Assembly: GCF_001642725.1 (NCBI RefSeq)
Contig: NZ_LSUQ01000005.1
Span: forward strand, 1-64,000
From: Ferroacidibacillus organovorans
GTDB taxonomy: Bacteria > Bacillota > Bacilli > Alicyclobacillales > SLC66
Length of the DNA stretch: 64,000 nucleotides
Direction of reading: 5' to 3'
Shown here: positions 56,960 to 64,000 of the stretch, one piece after another
Position numbering within the stretch: the stretch's first letter is position 1
Layout of the letters: each line of letters begins with the position of its first letter
Made by a program: the position numbers and the translations under genes
Notes under the pieces: model-generated
What the model was told of the DNA's origin: nothing
What the model saw: only the letters and a program-made list of their open reading frames with translations
Databases searched by the model: none

Positions 56960-57843
56960 TGACGGACGATTATGTGGCGACAGGAACAACGCGTAGCGGT
57001 CATATTGTCGGCTATGCGGCGCGCAGTACAAGTCTTGTGCGAACGCTTCAAGTGCGACACAACACTTGGCCTGTTGCGTCGGCGGCGCTTGGGCGCGTTG
57101 CGACGATGGGCGCGATCATGACGGTGGGGCTCAAGCGAGACGACCACCAGGTGACGATTCAGGTGCGCGGGGATGGACCATTGGGCAATATCCTCGTCGT
57201 TGCAACGGGGCGCGGCGACGTTCGCGGGATGGTGGACGAACCGCGCGTTGAATTAGAACTGAACGCCTTTGGCAAATTGAATGTCGGGATGGCAGTCGGT
57301 CGCGAGGGTTCGCTCTATGTGACAAAGGATCTCGGATTAAAAGAGCCTTATCGTGGATCAGTCCCACTTGTATCTGGCGAGATTGGTGAAGATTTTACGT
57401 ATTACTATGCTGTGTCTGAGCAAACCCCTTCTGCGGTATCGGTGGGCGTACTCGTCGACCGCGATTATACGGTGATCTCAGCGGGCGGCATTTTAGTACA
57501 AGCCTTGCCGGACGCGGAAGAAGATGAACTGCGCGCGCTCGAAGACGCGATGGCGCGTATGCCGAATGTGAGCAGTCTCATTCGCGATGGCGCAACGCCG
57601 GAAGACCTCTTGAAGATGGCGTGCGGATCAGATTTGCAGGTGCTTGATCAAAAACCGATTCAATTTCAGTGTACGTGTAGCAAAGAGCGATTGAGTCGCG
57701 TGCTTCTTTCGCTTGGACGAGAAGAGCTCAAGAAGTTGGCGGTTGAGCAAGATTCGACTGAACTGGTCTGCCACTTCTGTGTGACTGCGTATCATTTTTC
57801 ACGAGAAGAAATTGTGTCGCTGCACGAACTTGCGAAATACTGA
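56956..57843 (+). CDS. hslO: Hsp33 redox-regulated chaperone
   Basis: 'ALGR', 'GDGPLG', 'SGEIGED..YY..SEQTPS', zinc motif CTC...CHFC. Confidence 0.96.
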   Translation: MMTDDYVATGTTRSGHIVGYAARSTSLVRTLQVRHNTWPVASAALGRVATMGAIMTVGLKRDDHQVTIQVRGDGPLGNILVVATGRGDVRGMVDEPRVELELNAFGKLNVGMAVGREGSLYVTKDLGLKEPYRGSVPLVSGEIGEDFTYYYAVSEQTPSAVSVGVLVDRDYTVISAGGILVQALPDAEEDELRALEDAMARMPNVSSLIRDGATPEDLLKMACGSDLQVLDQKPIQFQCTCSKERLSRVLLSLGREELKKLAVEQDSTELVCHFCVTAYHFSREEIVSLHELAKY

Positions 57844-57857
57844 TCGGTAAAGTCGGA

Positions 57858-57886
57858 TTGACGCGCCCCTGTCTGCATTGTACAGT
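57858..57886 (+). promoter_or_regulatory. SigA promoter of cysK
   Basis: TTGACG-17-TACAGT. Confidence 0.55.
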
Positions 57887-57958
57887 TAGAAAGAACGTTA
57901 AAAGTGACTTTGATTGCGCATGGTTGCGCAAATATCAAAGGTGTGGAGGGAACGCATT

Positions 57959-58885
57959 GTGAATACGGAGGATCGCGTCACATCCCTAATTGGTAAGACA
58001 CCCGCAGTAAAGTTGCGCACACTCGTACCCGCAGAGGCGGCAGATGTGTATGTGAAACTCGAATGGTTTAATCCGGGGGGAAGTGTGAAAGACCGGATTG
58101 CTCTCGCGATGGTGGAAGATGCAGAACGTTCAGGGAAACTGCGCGCAGGGGATACGATCGTTGAACCGACGAGCGGCAATACAGGGATTGGTTTGGCCAT
58201 GGTGGCGGCGGCCAAAGGGTACAAGGCGATTCTTGTCATGCCGGACACGATGAGCGTGGAGCGTCGCAGCCTGCTTCGCGCATATGGGGCGGAAGTGGTT
58301 TTGACACCAGGCGCGCAAGGGATGCGCGGAGCGATTGCGAAAGCGGAAGAGATTGCGGCAACGGATTCGGAAAAATTCTTTATCCCTCAGCAGTTCGACA
58401 ATCCTGCCAACTCCCGCGTTCATGAAGAGACGACGGGTCCTGAGATCGTCGAACAAATGGGCGGACAGTTGGATGCGTTTATCGCAGGTGTCGGCACAGG
58501 CGGCACAGTGACTGGCGTGGGGCGCGTGTTGAAACGTGAAATTCCAAACTGTAAAATCATTGCGGTTGAACCGACAGACTCCCCCGTGCTTTCTGGAGGG
58601 AATCCAGGGCCTCATAAAATTCAGGGGATTGGAGCGGGTTTCATTCCGTCCATTCTTGATGTAAAATTACTCGACCGCGTGATTCAGGTACGCAATGAAG
58701 ACGCGTTTGAAATGGCGCGCGCTGCGGCGAAGCAAGAGGGCATTCTCGTTGGAATCAGTACAGGGGCGGCGATTTTTGCTTCGATCCAAGTCGCCAAAGA
58801 ACTGGGGCGAGGAAAACGCGTTTTAACCGTTTCGCCTTCGAACGGCGAACGATATCTGAGTACGGCATTATTTCAATTTGACTGA
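57959..58885 (+). CDS. cysK: Cysteine synthase A
   Basis: [40 protein letters not shown] behind GGAGGG. Confidence 0.97.
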   Translation: MNTEDRVTSLIGKTPAVKLRTLVPAEAADVYVKLEWFNPGGSVKDRIALAMVEDAERSGKLRAGDTIVEPTSGNTGIGLAMVAAAKGYKAILVMPDTMSVERRSLLRAYGAEVVLTPGAQGMRGAIAKAEEIAATDSEKFFIPQQFDNPANSRVHEETTGPEIVEQMGGQLDAFIAGVGTGGTVTGVGRVLKREIPNCKIIAVEPTDSPVLSGGNPGPHKIQGIGAGFIPSILDVKLLDRVIQVRNEDAFEMARAAAKQEGILVGISTGAAIFASIQVAKELGRGKRVLTVSPSNGERYLSTALFQFD

Positions 58886-58901
58886 GTAAGGAGGGGAGAC
58901 G

Positions 58902-59735
58902 TTGAAACTTACCATGCGACCGCGTGAGCGACGCTCGATCCTTACGTCTCTGGGACAGCGTACGCTTGTCATGGGGATTCTCAACGTCACTCCTGATTCA
59001 TTCTCGGACGGGGGGCACTATATCGATCCCGCTCGCGCGATTGAGCATGCGCTCGATATGGTGGCGCTGGGCGCAGATTTGATCGATCTAGGGGCAGAGT
59101 CGACGCGTCCTGGCCATGCGCCTCTCAGCGCTGATGAAGAGTGGCGGCGGATCGAGACGATTCTCGAACCGTTGCGTGAAGCGATTGATGTACCGATTTC
59201 GATTGATACGTATAAAGGTGAAGTGGCAAGCAAGGCGCTTGCCGCCGGGATTGATCTGGTGAATGACGTCTGGGGCGGGAAACGCGACGAAGGAACGCTT
59301 CTCGCGGCCGCAGCGTACGACGCGCCGCTGATCTTGATGCATAATTCAACGGATGAACCGGAATTGCGAGGGGACGTCGTGGAGATCGTTTGTGAGGCAT
59401 TGCAGACGCTTGTTGATCAGGCGATCCAGGCGGGCGTTTCGCGGGATAAGATCATCCTTGATCCGGGGATCGGATTTGGGAAGACGATGCAGCAAAATTT
59501 GCGTCTGATCAATGAGACGAATGCGATCAAGCGATTGGGGTATCCTGTTTTAGTTGGCACGTCTCGCAAATCGGTGATCGGCCATGTGTTGAATTTGCCC
59601 GTTCAAGAACGTGTCGAAGGAACAGCGGCTACGGTTGCACTGGCGATTGCGCGTGGTGCCGATATCGTTCGCGTGCATGATGTGGGAGCGATGGCGCGCG
59701 TTGTGCGTATGACGGATGCGATGGTGCGGGCATAA
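58902..59735 (+). CDS. folP: Dihydropteroate synthase
   Basis: MGILNVTPDSFSDGG, ESTRPG, DPGIGFGK, SRKS, RVHDV. Confidence 0.97.
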   Translation: MKLTMRPRERRSILTSLGQRTLVMGILNVTPDSFSDGGHYIDPARAIEHALDMVALGADLIDLGAESTRPGHAPLSADEEWRRIETILEPLREAIDVPISIDTYKGEVASKALAAGIDLVNDVWGGKRDEGTLLAAAAYDAPLILMHNSTDEPELRGDVVEIVCEALQTLVDQAIQAGVSRDKIILDPGIGFGKTMQQNLRLINETNAIKRLGYPVLVGTSRKSVIGHVLNLPVQERVEGTAATVALAIARGADIVRVHDVGAMARVVRMTDAMVRA

Positions 59736-60244
59736 TGTATCGCGACTATCTGGTCTCGCTTGGTTCAAACGTGGGGAAGAGGGAAGATCATTTAACACAG
59801 GCGGTCAAACACCTCTCGCATATGCCAGGAACGCGTGTGCGAGAGGTTTCCAGCGTGTATGAAACAAATCCGATGGAACTTCTGGATCAACCTCAGTTTC
59901 TCAACGCAGTGGTTCGCTTGGAATCATCGGCCAATCCATATGCCATGTTGCAGTCACTCTTGGAAATTGAACAGGCGATGGGGCGCGTTCGCACTGTGCG
60001 CTATGGGCCGCGCGTGATTGATTTGGACATTTTGCTGTGTGGGGAAACGGTGATTGTCGACCCACCAGAACTGATGATCCCCCATGAACACCTGGTCAAG
60101 CGTGCGTTTGTCCTGGTGCCGCTCGAAGAACTCGTCCCCGAGGCGGTGCATCCGCTAACGGGTCAAACCATTCACGCCCTGTGTTCGACTGTGGACGGAC
60201 GCGACGGTGTGCGACGGGCTTGTGCGCTGGGATTTTGGGGTTGA
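59735..60244 (+). CDS. folK: 6-hydroxymethyl-7,8-dihydropterin pyrophosphokinase
   Basis: LGSN.G, FLNAV, IE..MGR.R..RYGPR.IDLDIL, RAFVL.PL. Confidence 0.96.
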   Translation: MYRDYLVSLGSNVGKREDHLTQAVKHLSHMPGTRVREVSSVYETNPMELLDQPQFLNAVVRLESSANPYAMLQSLLEIEQAMGRVRTVRYGPRVIDLDILLCGETVIVDPPELMIPHEHLVKRAFVLVPLEELVPEAVHPLTGQTIHALCSTVDGRDGVRRACALGFWG

Positions 60245-60326
60245 TACAGAAGTGAGGATCGGGATACAGAGGGCGCGCGATTCGCCTTTCTGCCGATTCG
60301 TTTTTTCTTTTAAGGAGATGGTTTGA

Positions 60327-61334
60327 ATGTCTGCACTTGAATCGCTTCGTAAGCCGCTTCAAATTGGCAACGTGACGCTCGATAATCCGGTGATCTTGGC
60401 GCCGATGGCAGGGGTTTGTAATCCGCCGTTTCGCAATCTGGCAAAGCGACTGGGCGCGGGGATGGTTTGTGCAGAGATGGTCAGTGACAAGGCGCTTGTG
60501 CACAAAAATGAACGCACACAGCATATGTTGACCATCGTGCCGGATGAACATCCTGTCAGTTTGCAATTGGTTGGGTATGATATCGAAACGATGGTCATGG
60601 CGGCGGAGATGGTCGGTAGCGCGACTAACGCGGATATCATTGATATCAATATGGGCTGCCCTGTATTAAAAATCTACAAAAACGGATCGGGTGCCGCACT
60701 CGCGAGGGATCCGAATTATGCGGCAAAGATCGTGGAGGCTGTCGTCAAACGCGTCAATAAGCCGGTTACCGTCAAGTTTCGCAAAGGGTGGGACGATGAG
60801 CATGTGAATGCGGTCGAAGTGGCTAAAGCGGTTGAAGCGGCGGGCGCCCGAGCGGTCACTGTCCACGGTCGAACGGCGCGTCAACTCTATTCCGGGAGAG
60901 CGGATTGGTCGATCATTCGCGAGGTGAAGGAAGCTGTATCGATTCCGGTCGTTGGCAATGGGGATGTGGATTCACCGGATGTTGCGCTGCAAATGCTTCA
61001 AGAGACAGGCTGCGATGCGGTGATGGTGGGTAGGGCTGCGCTTGGTTATCCGTGGATCTTTCGGGAGATCGCACACTTTCTCGAGACGGGGGATAAGCTT
61101 GCTCCCCCCGGTGTGCAGGAGCGAATTGCCGTGGCGATTGAGCATCTTCACTTGCTTGTTGAGGATAAAGGGGAACACACGGGTGTGCGCGAGATGAGAA
61201 AACACGCCGGTTGGTACGTCAAGGGAATCCCTGGTGCCACTGCTTTGCGTGATCGCGTCAACCTCCAGGAAACGATGGCAGGCATGGAGGAAACGTTGTT
61301 GGAGATTCTCGACACATCTCGCGTGATCGCGTGA
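60327..61334 (+). CDS. dusB: tRNA-dihydrouridine synthase B
   Basis: LAPMAGV, DINMGCP, VHGRT, NGDV, MVGRAALG.PW. Confidence 0.96.
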   Translation: MSALESLRKPLQIGNVTLDNPVILAPMAGVCNPPFRNLAKRLGAGMVCAEMVSDKALVHKNERTQHMLTIVPDEHPVSLQLVGYDIETMVMAAEMVGSATNADIIDINMGCPVLKIYKNGSGAALARDPNYAAKIVEAVVKRVNKPVTVKFRKGWDDEHVNAVEVAKAVEAAGARAVTVHGRTARQLYSGRADWSIIREVKEAVSIPVVGNGDVDSPDVALQMLQETGCDAVMVGRAALGYPWIFREIAHFLETGDKLAPPGVQERIAVAIEHLHLLVEDKGEHTGVREMRKHAGWYVKGIPGATALRDRVNLQETMAGMEETLLEILDTSRVIA

Positions 61335-61513
61335 CGGTGAGAGGATGGATGAGTGAGTCGAAATTTAACCAGGATTGCATTGCAAGCGATAGATCCTAGA
61401 CATGAGGGAGAGCGCGCATGCGTAGGATGAAAAGGAACCCATTCTGGCGTGTGATGCTGAGTTTGAGTGAAATAGGCCATTATCATCTCGTAAAATGGGG
61501 CATTGAACATTCA

Positions 61514-61542
61514 TTGACACTCCACAGTCCATACCCTATAAT
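61514..61542 (+). promoter_or_regulatory. Consensus SigA promoter of greA
   Basis: TTGACA-17-TATAAT exact consensus. Confidence 0.85.
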
Positions 61543-61669
61543 TACCGCAGATTCTGAGTGAGAGTGTTTGTGACGCTTTGGCAGATGGAGCAGCGTTTAT
61601 GGCTCATGGGTGCGATGAATTCATTTTATAGGGATTGTTGTGTGGCAGAGGTGCAAAGGAGCGAAACAC

Positions 61670-62146
61670 ATGTCTGAAAAAGAAGTCCTTGTAACACCGG
61701 CTGGATTGAAAAAACTAGAAGATGAACTGGAACAACTAAAGTCAGTCAAACGACGCGAAGTTGCGGAACGAATTAAAGTTGCGATCAGCTATGGGGATAT
61801 CAGCGAGAACTCAGAGTACGAGGACGCGAAGAATGAGCAGGCCTTCGTTGAAGGGCGTATCATTACGCTGGAAAAGATGTTGCGCAATGCGCGCATTATC
61901 CATGACGAAGAGATCGACACGGGCGTTGTGAGCATCGGATCGACGGTAACGCTTCGGGATATTGAGTATAAAGAAGATGTTGAGTATCACATCGTTGGAT
62001 CGGCAGAGTCTGACCCGGCAGAAAACAAGATCTCCAATGAGAGTCCAGTTGGGCGGGCGCTCCTTGGAAAATCGGTCGGGTCGACGGTTGAAGTCACCGT
62101 ACCCGCGGGAACCATTCAGTACGAGGTTCTCGATATTCGGAAGTGA
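61670..62146 (+). CDS. greA: Transcription elongation factor GreA
   Basis: [26 protein letters not shown] behind AAAGGAG. Confidence 0.97.
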   Translation: MSEKEVLVTPAGLKKLEDELEQLKSVKRREVAERIKVAISYGDISENSEYEDAKNEQAFVEGRIITLEKMLRNARIIHDEEIDTGVVSIGSTVTLRDIEYKEDVEYHIVGSAESDPAENKISNESPVGRALLGKSVGSTVEVTVPAGTIQYEVLDIRK

Positions 62147-62152
62147 CCGTGA

Positions 62153-62180
62153 GGACGCCGATTCGTCGGCGTCTCTTTTT
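62153..62180 (+). terminator. Terminator after greA
   Basis: GACGCCGA-ttcg-TCGGCGTC then TCTTTTT. Confidence 0.8.
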
Positions 62181-62205
62181 CGATGAATTGATTGGAACAT
62201 TTTGA

Positions 62206-63789
<1,584 letters not shown>

Positions 63790-63798
63790 AGGTGTCAC

Positions 63799-64000
63799 AT
63801 GACGTTATCGAGGATTGGGCATCGCAGAGAAATGAAAAAGGGGCGAGAAAAGCTCCCGTCACTTGCGCAGTTTTTTCGAACCTCAGAGGGTAAACCGATC
63901 GGCAGCTTGCGTTCGCGCCACTCGACTCAATACGTGCTCTCTTCGCAGGAAGTTCCAGTCAGTGGACTCGCGTTTACGTATTGGCTTACTGCCGTTTGGC
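63799..64000 (+). CDS. Hypothetical protein, 5' part (runs off window)
   Basis: ATG behind GAGGTG just after lysS stop; frame open to window end (MTLSRIGHRREMKKGREKLP...). Confidence 0.5.
   Translation, partial: MTLSRIGHRREMKKGREKLPSLAQFFRTSEGKPIGSLRSRHSTQYVLSSQEVPVSGLAFTYWLTAVW

Overview
Chromosomal segment of a spore-forming Bacillota bacterium (Bacillales-type gene content; an Alicyclobacillaceae-like acidophile is plausible but not provable from this window). Three conserved blocks are joined in one orientation: (1) 3' end of a 5S rRNA, yaaC, guaB, a GDPD gene, pdxS-pdxT, serS; (2) tRNA-Asp, walR-walK-walH-walI-walJ-htrA-rlmH; (3) yabM-yabN-HU-yabO-yabP-yabQ-divIC-yabR, cmpA and a comEB-like gene (inverted), spoIIE-yabS-yabT, a ThrE-type exporter pair, tilS-hprT-ftsH-coaX-hslO-cysK-folP-folK-dusB-greA-lysS. 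Between tRNA-Arg(CCT) and tRNA-Asp lies a ~19 kb accessory region with a class II aldolase, a chemoreceptor plus DinB protein, a CstR-type persulfide/sulfur-relay cluster (rhodanese, TauE, three DsrE paralogs, TusA-rhodanese, thioredoxin, three ATACC-N6-GGTAT operators), a penicillin-acylase-family gene frameshifted at an (AACC)n repeat, and an Opp-type ABC / LacI / GH1 beta-glucoside locus. No integrase, transposase, prophage or CRISPR array was seen. All product calls come from reading motifs and gene order by eye; no database search was run.
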